Of a stretch of 64,000 nt of DNA, positions 1-9,102 are shown piece by piece. Under the pieces are notes generated by a model, which had not been told where the DNA came from, searched no databases, and saw only the letters and a program-made list of their open reading frames with translations. A program made the translations under genes and the position numbers. The first letter of the stretch is position 1. Each line of letters starts with the position of its first letter. Source of the DNA: a virus (taxonomy: Duplodnaviria > Caudoviricetes); IMG/VR virus record IMGVR_UViG_3300022752_003600, positions 306-64,305 of that record; one strand, given 5' to 3'.

Positions 1-2
1 AT

Positions 3-1028
3 GGCGAACTATCAATGGGGGCAACAGAGGCTGTTCCGGGAAGTGGCGCAACTACTTGGGTAACGCGAACATCAAACTTTGGTAATACAGTCATCAACTC
101 CGTTGCATTCGGCAACAACCTCTGGATCGCTGGCGGTTCTTATGGTCAACTCCGCACCTCCACCGATGCAATAACTTGGGTAACAAGAACATCAAACTTT
201 GAGAATACAAACATCCAGTCCATTGCTTTCGGCAACAACCTTTGGGTTGCTGGTGGCTATTATGGTGAACTCCGCACCTCCACCGATGCAGTCACTTGGG
301 TAACAAGAACATCAAACTTTACAAATGATTTTTTTGGAATTATCAACTCCATCGCCTACGGCAACAACCTGTGGGTTGCTGGTGGATTTGTCGGCAACCT
401 CCGTACCTCAACAGACGCAATAACATGGGTCACGCGAACATCAAACTTTGGCAATACAGGCATCCGCTCCATTGCCTTCGGCAACAACCTTTGGGTCGCT
501 GGTGGGGTTGTTGGTCAACTCCGTACCTCGACTGACGCAATAACATGGGTCACGCGAACATCAAACTTTGGCAATGAAGGCATCCAGTCCATTGCTTTCG
601 GCAATGGTCTTTGGGTTGCTGGCGGGTATTCCGGTCAACTCCGCACCTCTACCGATGCAATAACTTGGGTAACAAGAACATCAAACTTTGGTAATACAAA
701 CATCAACCTCATTGCCTACGGCAATAACCTCTGGGTTGCTGGAGGTAATTCCGGTCAACTCCGCACCTCCACCGATGCAGTCACTTGGGTAACACGAACA
801 TCAAACTTTGGGAATACAGCCATCTTCTCCATCGCCTTCGGCAACAACCTCTGGGTTGCTGGTGGCAATCTCGCTCAACTCCGCACCTCTGCCACCAACA
901 CCGCTCTTTACGAAATCCCAGTAACCCTTTCTGCTGATATTTTGGGTTCTGATGTAAGGCTTCGTGCAACAATTACAGATGCAGCAACCACTAGTGCTCA
1001 GGTAAAGGTACTTAAAACCGCTCTTTAA
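3..1028 (+). CDS. Repeat beta-propeller protein (7 x 40-aa blades), probable virion fibre/receptor-binding protein; 5'-truncated
   Basis: Seven copies of TWVTRTSNFGNTxIxSIAFGNNLWVAGGxxGQLRTSTDAI (120-nt unit). The frame is open from nt 3 (GELS) to ATG15, so the true start is probably upstream of the window. Confidence 0.75.
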   Translation, partial: GELSMGATEAVPGSGATTWVTRTSNFGNTVINSVAFGNNLWIAGGSYGQLRTSTDAITWVTRTSNFENTNIQSIAFGNNLWVAGGYYGELRTSTDAVTWVTRTSNFTNDFFGIINSIAYGNNLWVAGGFVGNLRTSTDAITWVTRTSNFGNTGIRSIAFGNNLWVAGGVVGQLRTSTDAITWVTRTSNFGNEGIQSIAFGNGLWVAGGYSGQLRTSTDAITWVTRTSNFGNTNINLIAYGNNLWVAGGNSGQLRTSTDAVTWVTRTSNFGNTAIFSIAFGNNLWVAGGNLAQLRTSATNTALYEIPVTLSADILGSDVRLRATITDAATTSAQVKVLKTAL

Positions 1029-3080
1029 AAAGAGATCTGATATTATTATATATACATCAACGGGAGAGTGAACAGAGATGGCTGATAAAAATTTTAAAGT
1101 AAAAAATGGGTTGGATATCGGAGATAATATCTCTATATCTGTTACCAAGACAGTTATTGATACATTGTCAGAAACGACACTTGATTCAGTTTTGTCTGGT
1201 ACAGCCAAATCGGTAGATTATTTACTGACCATCTATCAAGGCAATACTGGTAATACTGCTAAAAAGTATCTTGTTACAGAAAATGGCGCTTACGTATCGG
1301 CTCATGAATATGCCTCATCCTTGACAAACAGAGAAGAATATTCTGGTGTTTGGAATTGGACAACACGAACCTCAAACTTTGGTACATCAGGAATCCGTTC
1401 CATTGCCTTTGGCAACAACCTATGGGTTGCAGCTGGAGTTTACGGTCAACTCCGTACCTCTACTGATGCAATCACTTGGGTTACAAGAACCTCAAATTTT
1501 GTAGGTACTTATGGCGCAGTAATCCGTTCCGTTGTCTTTGGCAACAGCCTTTGGGTTGTTGGAGGATACACCGGTCAACTCCGCACTTCCACCGATGCGA
1601 TTACTTGGACAACACGAACATCAAATTTTGGTAATACAGGCATCTTATCCATCGCCTACGGCAACAACCTATGGGTTGCAGCTGGAGTTTACGGTCAACT
1701 CCGTACTTCGACTGACGCTATTACTTGGACTACACGGACATTAAATCTTCAACCATTTGATGCACCAATCCTTTCAGTTACTTACGCAAACAATCTTTGG
1801 GTTGTTGGTGCCTACTATGGTCAAATCCGTACCTCCACCAACGCAATCACTTGGACAACAAGAACCTCAAATTTTGGAAATACGGCTATTCAGTCAGTTG
1901 CCTATGGCAACAATTTATGGGTTGCTGGTGGGGGTGCCGGTCAACTTCGTACTTCAACTGACGCAATCACTTGGACAACAAGAACATCAAACTTTGGAAA
2001 TTTATCCATTGACTCCGTTGCCTTTGGCAACAATCTATGGGTAGCCGGTGGGGGTGGTGAAATCCGTATTTCGACAGATGCTATTACATGGGTAACGCAA
2101 ATATCAAACTTTGAAAATAACCCTGTATATTCAGTTGCCTACGGCAATAACCTCTGGGTTGCTGGAGGTAATTCCGGTCAACTCCGTACTTCTCCTGTGT
2201 TGAATCCACCAGCATCGGTTCCAGCAACCATAAGTTTGTTTTTTTCATATAACTGGACTATACAAACATCAAACTTTGGAAATACTACAATAAATGAAAT
2301 CTCTTACGGCAATGATCTTTGGGTAGCCGGTGGATATGCCGGTCAACTCCGTACCTCAACTAATGCAATAACCTGGACCACACGGACATCAAATTTTGGT
2401 AACTCAAATATTAAATCTGTTGCCTACGGCAATAACCTCTGGGTTGCTGGAGGTAATTCCGGTCAAATCCGTACCTCCACCGACGCAATCACTTGGACAA
2501 CAAGAACATCAAACTTTGGTAATACAAACATCTTCTCCATCGCCTACGGCAACAATCTATGGGTTGCTGGAGGATACAGCGGTCAACTCCGCACTTCTAC
2601 TGATGCAATCACCTGGGTGACCCGCACATCAAATTTTGGCAATACAAACATCCGTTCCATTGCCTTTGGCAACAATCTATGGGTTGCAGCTGGAGTTTAC
2701 GGTCAACTTCGCACCTCAACTGATGCAATAACTTGGGTTACAAGAACATCAAACTTTGGAACTAGTTTTATTGCCTCCATTGCCTTCGGCAACAACCTTT
2801 GGGTTGCTGGTGGATATGCTGGTCAAATCCGTACCTCCACCGACGCAATCACTTGGACAACAAGAACATCAAACTTTGGTAATACTATAATAAATAAAAT
2901 CTCTTACGGCAATGGTCTTTGGGTTGCTGGTGGGAGTGCTGGTCAAGTTCGTGTCTCAACTGATTCAATCACCTGGACAACAGTAACCTCTACCTTCGGT
3001 ACAACTGGTATTAATGTCATTACTTATGCAAACAATCTTTGGGTTGCTGGTGGGGGTGCCGGTCAACTTCGTACAGAAAA
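50..3080 (+). repeat. 21 imperfect ~120-bp coding repeats (propeller blades)
   Basis: Recurrent acatcaaactttgg...ggcaacaac.t.tgggttgctgg...ggtcaactccg at about 120-nt spacing. Confidence 0.95.
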
Positions 3081-3183
3081 CCCAGCAGAACGCTCAATTA
3101 AATTAACTGCAACAGTTGGTAATGCGTTCTTGTCCAACTCAGCAGCAACAGCGATTGTTGAAAAAAAGACGGTTACTGCCTAG
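1078..3183 (+). CDS. Double beta-propeller repeat protein (2 x 7 blades), probable fibre/adhesin
   Basis: MADKNFKVKNGL phage-fibre-like N-terminus, 14 copies of the same 40-aa repeat in two blocks, GGGAGAG SD-like sequence upstream. Confidence 0.8.
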   Translation: MADKNFKVKNGLDIGDNISISVTKTVIDTLSETTLDSVLSGTAKSVDYLLTIYQGNTGNTAKKYLVTENGAYVSAHEYASSLTNREEYSGVWNWTTRTSNFGTSGIRSIAFGNNLWVAAGVYGQLRTSTDAITWVTRTSNFVGTYGAVIRSVVFGNSLWVVGGYTGQLRTSTDAITWTTRTSNFGNTGILSIAYGNNLWVAAGVYGQLRTSTDAITWTTRTLNLQPFDAPILSVTYANNLWVVGAYYGQIRTSTNAITWTTRTSNFGNTAIQSVAYGNNLWVAGGGAGQLRTSTDAITWTTRTSNFGNLSIDSVAFGNNLWVAGGGGEIRISTDAITWVTQISNFENNPVYSVAYGNNLWVAGGNSGQLRTSPVLNPPASVPATISLFFSYNWTIQTSNFGNTTINEISYGNDLWVAGGYAGQLRTSTNAITWTTRTSNFGNSNIKSVAYGNNLWVAGGNSGQIRTSTDAITWTTRTSNFGNTNIFSIAYGNNLWVAGGYSGQLRTSTDAITWVTRTSNFGNTNIRSIAFGNNLWVAAGVYGQLRTSTDAITWVTRTSNFGTSFIASIAFGNNLWVAGGYAGQIRTSTDAITWTTRTSNFGNTIINKISYGNGLWVAGGSAGQVRVSTDSITWTTVTSTFGTTGINVITYANNLWVAGGGAGQLRTENPAERSIKLTATVGNAFLSNSAATAIVEKKTVTA

Positions 3184-4081
3184 TCAGCAATACTTTCCAC
3201 TGCTGAACAATCCTGTCCCACGAATAAAAATGGTTGAAGTATTCGGATTGTTTTTGAAGGATTGATTGATTATCCCAATAATTATCAAGTGTTGAATTCA
3301 GCGCATTGGCGTATTTCTCTGCCAACGTTTTATCGTCAATTCTTATCGGAACCAATGTTGCAAATTCTCCACCTGTTTCATACAGCGCTCCAAGATTATG
3401 CCCAACAAGTGAGCATCCAGCAGCGCCAGCCTCAATCATTGCCAAGCAACAAGTTTCTTCAAACATGCTCGGATAGGCAAATATATGAGCAGATTGCAAC
3501 GCCTTAATTACCTCATCATTCGGTGCATATCCATGGTAAATAACATTCTTTATATTTGCCGCTCGCTCGAACAAAGGTTTGTATTGCGCGGAGTGAGCAG
3601 CGTTATAACCGCTTCCATAAACAATGGTTGAAGAATAAACATGAAGTTCTGTGTCATCCCTATTGAGCAATTCAAATGCGTCAAGCAGAACATTTAGTCC
3701 ACGAAATGGCGCTGATGTGTAAATCAATTTAAATTTCTCGCCCTTAGGTCTCGGCAGATATTCAATCGGGTCAATGGCATTTTTGATTACATGAGCATTT
3801 TCAACCGGGCAATGATAAACATAACGGAACTTTTCATGTTGCCAATGAGATACGTATACCCATTCGTCAATCGCACGGGTGAAGAATTTATTATTCATCC
3901 CTTGGGTTAACGGTTCGTTGTAGTTCAAGTGTTGCCAAAGGATGTTGATTTTCCCATCAACAATTTGGTCTTCGGTGCATCGAGAAAGAATCAGATTGAC
4001 GTTGTAATCATCAAAATTGATGCGCTTGCGCAAGCCCTGCTCCATAATGTCAGAGCCGCCACGCGGTGGAATTACGTTCAT
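3173..4081 (-). CDS. Glycosyltransferase, GT-B/GT4-like
   Basis: YTSAPFRGL motif and AYPSMFEETCCLAMIEAGAAG (EX7E) motif. Confidence 0.85.
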   Translation of the reverse strand: MNVIPPRGGSDIMEQGLRKRINFDDYNVNLILSRCTEDQIVDGKINILWQHLNYNEPLTQGMNNKFFTRAIDEWVYVSHWQHEKFRYVYHCPVENAHVIKNAIDPIEYLPRPKGEKFKLIYTSAPFRGLNVLLDAFELLNRDDTELHVYSSTIVYGSGYNAAHSAQYKPLFERAANIKNVIYHGYAPNDEVIKALQSAHIFAYPSMFEETCCLAMIEAGAAGCSLVGHNLGALYETGGEFATLVPIRIDDKTLAEKYANALNSTLDNYWDNQSILQKQSEYFNHFYSWDRIVQQWKVLLTRQ

Positions 4082-4749
4082 TGCGGCCAGCGCAACTTCA
4101 TCGTCTTTTGATGACCAACCCGAACGAGCGGGTCAACCCAAATATCAACACCCATCTCACGAACTTTCGTGCACCACGATAAATCTTCCCCGACCAGCGG
4201 GAACTTACGCTCGAATTCTCCAGTCTGTTCGTTCTTTACATCCACCCACGTGGAGCCAAACCACGGTCTTTCCATGCGCTCAAATACCCCAGAACGAACC
4301 GCCAAGAAGCCGAATCCAACTCCAGCACACTTGAACGGAGACTTAAGTTTTAATATATCGTTTTTGTGCATTGCTGGACCCATCGGTTCGTGATAAACAG
4401 TCACGGTTTCGTCTTCCAACATGTAGCAACCTGAAATCACCTGCTTATCCGACTGCATCAGGCGAAAGAAGTCGTCTGGCTCCCATTCGATATCGGAGTC
4501 AATCCAGAACAACTTGTCATATGTCCATTCCCCGTTTCCGGGCTTTTGCTGGTGTCTATCGTTGAACGCAGTCCCCCCTACGGTTCGCTCTCTGGCGTCG
4601 GCCACGTGAGATGAGTACTCATTCATAAAATTCCAAGGGATGTTTTGCTGGTTCAGGACATAGGTGGTCTTTAGCAGGCTCCTGACGTACGAAGCCGTCA
4701 TGCTGTGCCCTGGGGTGCAAATAACTACGGGAAAGTGCGGTTTATCCAT
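4078..4749 (-). CDS. GT-A-fold glycosyltransferase-like protein
   Basis: LFWIDSDI (DxD), GFGF and GEDLSWC motifs. Start reassigned to ATG4749, which lies 7 nt downstream of a TAGAAT -10 box. Confidence 0.75.
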   Translation of the reverse strand: MDKPHFPVVICTPGHSMTASYVRSLLKTTYVLNQQNIPWNFMNEYSSHVADARERTVGGTAFNDRHQQKPGNGEWTYDKLFWIDSDIEWEPDDFFRLMQSDKQVISGCYMLEDETVTVYHEPMGPAMHKNDILKLKSPFKCAGVGFGFLAVRSGVFERMERPWFGSTWVDVKNEQTGEFERKFPLVGEDLSWCTKVREMGVDIWVDPLVRVGHQKTMKLRWPQ

Positions 4750-4813
4750 GATGGCCATTCTATACAAAACAACGCCAACTCCCAGCCTCTTAATACGTGG
4801 TATTATAAGACCT
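4750..4813. promoter_or_regulatory. Divergent leaderless promoters
   Basis: Plus strand: TGG-TATTAT (4798-4806), 7 nt, then ATG4814. Minus strand: TAGAAT (4762-4757), 7 nt, then ATG4749. Confidence 0.55.
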
Positions 4814-5473
4814 ATGAGACTTGCAGGAACATACGAATACAACGAAACATTCGCCGCACAACTCCACAATGCGTTGTGTGCCTCATATTCAGACAAGGCT
4901 AGCGGGCATGACTATCACAAGGCCTATGCCCACGTCCTTGAAGAAGTAACCGTTAATAACTTTCTTGAAGTTGGATTGTTTCTTAACGAATTGCAGCATA
5001 CTGACCTGACTGCTTGGGCAGCGATTTACCCAGAGGCAAACATTTACGGCGCCGATGTAAAAGAATCGCAGTTGTTCAATCGCGACAACATCCAGATGAT
5101 GTATGCAGACCAGTCAAACACGGACTCGCTGACCGCTCTCAAGGCTGCGTTTCCAGTTGAGTTTGATGTGGTTATCGATGATGCGTCGCACATGTACGGA
5201 CCAACCGTCAACACGTTCTCAAATCTCTTCCCGGCGGTAAAGAGCGGCGGTGTCTACATCATCGAGGATTGCCAGTCGGACAACCCGGGCAACAACGGAT
5301 GGCAACAGACGGTTGCTTCGCTTGAAGAGTATCTGACCGGTGGTGGATACACATACGAAGTATTTGAGTCTCGCTCGCCAAGAAAGAAGATGGATTTCGA
5401 ACAACAGCCTCCCGTCGAGACAGAAGAGGATGCTCCGAGCGACGACTACATCATTTGCGTTTATAAGTCGTAG
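4814..5473 (+). CDS. Class I SAM-dependent methyltransferase (sugar O-methyltransferase-like)
   Basis: SDK..GHDY...FLEVG...IYGAD...FDVVIDDASH...GGVYIIED motifs. Confidence 0.8.
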   Translation: MRLAGTYEYNETFAAQLHNALCASYSDKASGHDYHKAYAHVLEEVTVNNFLEVGLFLNELQHTDLTAWAAIYPEANIYGADVKESQLFNRDNIQMMYADQSNTDSLTALKAAFPVEFDVVIDDASHMYGPTVNTFSNLFPAVKSGGVYIIEDCQSDNPGNNGWQQTVASLEEYLTGGGYTYEVFESRSPRKKMDFEQQPPVETEEDAPSDDYIICVYKS

Positions 5474-5478
5474 TTTTA

Positions 5479-6099
5479 ATGGCGAATATCGCCATCTTCT
5501 ATCACTTGTATCAACATGGTGATTGGCGTTCATTTTTCAACGGACAGTCGTCCCTGCTGAATGATTCAGGCTTGGTTGATGAGTGCCAGTTCGTTCATGT
5601 TGGCGTGAATGGTGACGATGTCCCTGAATCACATGAAAAGTTCAGATTTGTCAAAAACACTGAACCGCTGAACGAAGAAACACCAACTTTGGTTTCACTT
5701 CGTGACTTCTGCGTCAGCAATCCAGGATGGAAAGTCCTGTACATGCATACAAAAGGGATAACACAACCGATGCAATCAACGCATGACTGGCGCAAAATAA
5801 TGGAGTATTACTGCATTGAGCGGTGGCAGGAATGCGTAAAAAAACTAGAAGAACACGATGCCGTTGGGTGTTTGTATATGGACCATTGTTATTACGGGTA
5901 TTTCCCGCATTTTTCAGGCAATTTTTGGTGGGCGAATTCTGATTACATCAACAAACTTGATGATTCATATCTGAGCAGTGGCATACGCCAAAACAGAGAG
6001 TTTTGGATTGGTAGCGGCGGTGGCTCTCTTTACAGTTTTCACACCACCGGATTGAACCATTACGCCCACGAATATCCGCGCCATCTCTACGTTAATTAG
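5479..6099 (+). CDS. Putative glycosyltransferase-like phage protein
   Basis: LYMHTKG and HFSGNFWW motifs typical of viral GT-like proteins; cluster context. Confidence 0.55.
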   Translation: MANIAIFYHLYQHGDWRSFFNGQSSLLNDSGLVDECQFVHVGVNGDDVPESHEKFRFVKNTEPLNEETPTLVSLRDFCVSNPGWKVLYMHTKGITQPMQSTHDWRKIMEYYCIERWQECVKKLEEHDAVGCLYMDHCYYGYFPHFSGNFWWANSDYINKLDDSYLSSGIRQNREFWIGSGGGSLYSFHTTGLNHYAHEYPRHLYVN

Positions 6100-6779
6100 T
6101 CAAGCCACTCGTGGTCTATTCGTCGCTGTAGGTCATACTGCATGCAGTTGATGTGCGGGTTTTCTGGAACTGATTTGGCTATTCGATAGTCGGCATTTTG
6201 CTTGTTGGTGAACACGTTTTTTTCGTAGAACTTCCTATCGCTATGCACGGTCAAGGAAGCCTGAACTTGATAAATCGCAGCAGTAGACCAGACGATATTG
6301 TCCTCCAGTCCTGCGTATCTCATGCGGAGTCGCCAGTCAGTATCTTCACTGTAGGCGGGATGGAAGTTCTCGTCGAATAGACCTATCTTTTTGACTATTT
6401 CACTACCCAGCGAGAACGCATTAAAAGCAAGATTCGACATCACCATCTTGTCTGGCGCCGATAATCTCTGCATTTCTGCTAAGCCACCTGGCATCCAGTG
6501 GTTGTCGTTTGAGCAGATGAGCCAGTAGGGTGCATGGGGAAAGCACTTTATTCCCAGGTTCCACGACCCGGCTACGCCCATATTGGCGGGCATATTGAGT
6601 ATCTGGCATTTGGTGTTCTTCAGATTTTCATGAACTTTGAGGTCTGTCGACATCGAATACGAATTGCTGTTGTCGATAATCAGAATATTGTCAATCGGAT
6701 AATCCATGCATTGCAGACTCTGCTCAAGCATGTCAAACCGATTAAGCACCGGGATTATTACGACCGGAATCGGCGTCAT
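6096..6779 (-). CDS. Glycosyltransferase family 2
   Basis: IIPVLNR...IIDNS...NMGVAGSWNLG...GLFDENFHPAYSEDTD; TAATG overlap with the upstream gene. Confidence 0.85.
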   Translation of the reverse strand: MTPIPVVIIPVLNRFDMLEQSLQCMDYPIDNILIIDNSNSYSMSTDLKVHENLKNTKCQILNMPANMGVAGSWNLGIKCFPHAPYWLICSNDNHWMPGGLAEMQRLSAPDKMVMSNLAFNAFSLGSEIVKKIGLFDENFHPAYSEDTDWRLRMRYAGLEDNIVWSTAAIYQVQASLTVHSDRKFYEKNVFTNKQNADYRIAKSVPENPHINCMQYDLQRRIDHEWLD

Positions 6780-7498
6780 TACTTGTATGACTTCTTCTTC
6801 CAAAACTGCAACTGATACGAACGAACGATTTTCCCCTTCAAGATGAACCCCTGACGCTTCTGCTCTTTTTTGTCAAGAGGAATGACTTCGCTCTTCCAGT
6901 CATCGCGTCGGAACGGAATGACCTGGCAGACGGGAGTGCCCTTTTCGAGGATGAATACATCTTTATCGGTCTCCAATAGACGAAACGGGAACTCGACGCC
7001 GAGTTTGTATGAATCTGTATCCACGACGCCAGAAATAGTTACAAACGGAAGGTCGAAACGGTTCAGTGGATGAGCGAACAAACAACTGTATCCAGGAGGT
7101 GTAGCGACTCTCCAGCCTGGACGCCACTTTAAAATGCTGTTGATTGCACCATGTGGCGCAGGTAATCCTGGCGCTTGGTCTGGTCCATGCTGCCCAATGA
7201 GGTCTTGATTCGTTGCCCAGCGAAGTCCGACCATTCCATCTTTTTTGCGAATCTCCATGTCGCATGGAAGGGTAAACACATACCCAGATGTCATTGCATC
7301 CAAAAACGGAATGCAGCCCTTCAGCGTGAGGTTGCTTGTTGCAACCCCATCTTTGTCCAGCGCCGTTTCTTTTTCGCCGTTTATGTGCAGAGCCATATTC
7401 CTGTACCAACTTGGCAGGTTCTCTATCGCCGGAGATGGTGCTTCATACAAAAGACCAGCATCTTCCGTGGTCGGTTCAAACTGAATCAGTTTGGTCAT
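6779..7498 (-). CDS. Conserved phage protein (DUF6065-like)
   Basis: KGCIPFLDAMTSGY...TPPGYSCLFAHP...SGVVDTD...KGTPVCQVIPFRR pattern, recognised from memory. Confidence 0.5.
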   Translation of the reverse strand: MTKLIQFEPTTEDAGLLYEAPSPAIENLPSWYRNMALHINGEKETALDKDGVATSNLTLKGCIPFLDAMTSGYVFTLPCDMEIRKKDGMVGLRWATNQDLIGQHGPDQAPGLPAPHGAINSILKWRPGWRVATPPGYSCLFAHPLNRFDLPFVTISGVVDTDSYKLGVEFPFRLLETDKDVFILEKGTPVCQVIPFRRDDWKSEVIPLDKKEQKRQGFILKGKIVRSYQLQFWKKKSYK

Positions 7499-8145
7499 GG
7501 TTTGATTGGTACCTTTTTGTTGTGAGTGACTTTTGTAAGCGGGTCAAGATGCACCTTGAATCCGCACTTGCGCGCGGAAATGCACCAGGAGTAATCTTCG
7601 CCAAATGGGATGAACACTTCTTTCCCGGTCGCCTCATCAACAATCTTGGCGAACTGAGTATCAAACCACGGGCGAGGCATTGCTTCAAACACCCCTTGTT
7701 TCACGCAGATAAACCCGAACCCAGCACCCATGACTTCCTGTGGTTCAGTCGCCGAAATCATCGCCCTGATGTCGTCTTTTTCGGACATCGGTGTAAACAT
7801 TGGAACGCCATGGTCGCTCAAATACAGACCAGAAACAATGTCTAGGTCAGACTTGTAGAGGGCATAGAAGTCAGATGGCTCCCAAGACATGTCGCTGTCA
7901 ATCCAAAATATCTTCCTGTATTGGACATTCCCCGACAGCGGAGCGTTGTTGAATGCATCAAGAAAGTCAGAATCCATCGCCGTTGCTTCGCGTGCCGCCG
8001 CAACCCTGGATGTGTATCTATTCGCATAGTGGAAAGAAATGCCGCGCTCGGTCAAAAACGCCATCGTGTTCACAAGGCTGCGCACGTACGCAGACTCCAT
8101 CATTGAGCCCGGAGTCGCAATAATTACATCAACCGATGTTGCCAC
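7495..8145 (-). CDS. GT-A-fold glycosyltransferase-like protein, paralogue of 4078-4749
   Basis: TPGS.M.SAYVRSL, IFWIDSD, GFGF and GEDYSWC shared with 4078-4749. Confidence 0.75.
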   Translation of the reverse strand: MATSVDVIIATPGSMMESAYVRSLVNTMAFLTERGISFHYANRYTSRVAAAREATAMDSDFLDAFNNAPLSGNVQYRKIFWIDSDMSWEPSDFYALYKSDLDIVSGLYLSDHGVPMFTPMSEKDDIRAMISATEPQEVMGAGFGFICVKQGVFEAMPRPWFDTQFAKIVDEATGKEVFIPFGEDYSWCISARKCGFKVHLDPLTKVTHNKKVPIKP

Positions 8146-9046
8146 TATTTCTCCAGAACTCCATGTTTGCGTACTTCTGAATCACGCGAGGCGGCAAAAC
8201 TTCCGCAACATTTACGGTGCTGCGCGACAATCTGCGCCGAACGTCATGCATGCCATAAAGTCCGTATGTCTCGTCTCTTTCGTGGAATTTGTTCTCAATG
8301 TTTGAGTAGTCATGCTCGAACGGCTCAATGCCCAAGAAATTGTATATACCGTCAATTGTCTGTTTTGTGTTTGCCACAACATCCGAGTACTCAACGATAT
8401 GGAAATATGGCTTGTTTTCCGGTTGCGACGCAAAGGCGACTCCATATAGCGCATTGTCTATCGGCCCGCCCGCTCGCATCAAGCTGTCGCAACGAGTTTC
8501 GTGTGGGTGGTGGTAGAAGTGAACCTGCTTGTGGGCCTCTATCTCTCTGTCAATAAATGAGGCGTTGCCGGAGTTGTTGTTCACCAAGTTAATAAATGAG
8601 GCAAGAATCTCAATGATTGAACGGACGCACACGATAATTTTTGGCTCATACGGCAAAATGCGCTTTAGCAGCTCAAAGTGCTGAGGCATCGCCCATTCTC
8701 GCGATTTATCAATAATTAGTGGTTCGGTTCTGTCAGAATAAAAAGACTCAAGAACTCCAAGAACCATCGGCGGGACTACGTGCATCTTTGGGTAGGCATT
8801 GAACTGTTCTGAAGCAACAATGCTACGTTCAAGGTTCCACATCATGCCGCACATTGGAGAGTTTGCTCCAGCGTGCAGTTTTTGGTTTTGATTAAGTATT
8901 GACGCAAGAAGTGTGCTTCCAGATCGCGGCAGTCCAGACAGAAAAGCGTACTGTTTAAGAGCATGACCGCCTCTTGGGGCCATATTTGGCTTGCTTCCAG
9001 CTACTGTGATCTCCATGCGGTTAAACCTCTTACGTCTTAAAGACAA
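8129..9046 (-). CDS. Sulfotransferase family protein (start uncertain, ATG9016 or later possible)
   Basis: 5'-PSB loop SGLPRSGSTLL, IIDKS, KIIVCVRS...ILAS (3'-PB), IVEYSD. Confidence 0.85.
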   Translation of the reverse strand: MSLRRKRFNRMEITVAGSKPNMAPRGGHALKQYAFLSGLPRSGSTLLASILNQNQKLHAGANSPMCGMMWNLERSIVASEQFNAYPKMHVVPPMVLGVLESFYSDRTEPLIIDKSREWAMPQHFELLKRILPYEPKIIVCVRSIIEILASFINLVNNNSGNASFIDREIEAHKQVHFYHHPHETRCDSLMRAGGPIDNALYGVAFASQPENKPYFHIVEYSDVVANTKQTIDGIYNFLGIEPFEHDYSNIENKFHERDETYGLYGMHDVRRRLSRSTVNVAEVLPPRVIQKYANMEFWRNSGNIG

Positions 9047-9102
9047 TATTCTGTGTCTAAGGCAATACTAACAAGACAAGTCATAGTATTGTGTATCTTA
9101 AG

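Noticed and set aside
50-3080. Regularly spaced repeats resembling a CRISPR array or a DGR template
   Set aside because: All units are in-frame 120-nt coding repeats with synonymous variation; there are no unique spacers and no non-coding copy in the window
4664-4896. Overlapping 5' extensions of the divergent ORFs in the track
   Set aside because: Internal ATGs at 4749 and 4814 with leaderless promoters remove the overlap
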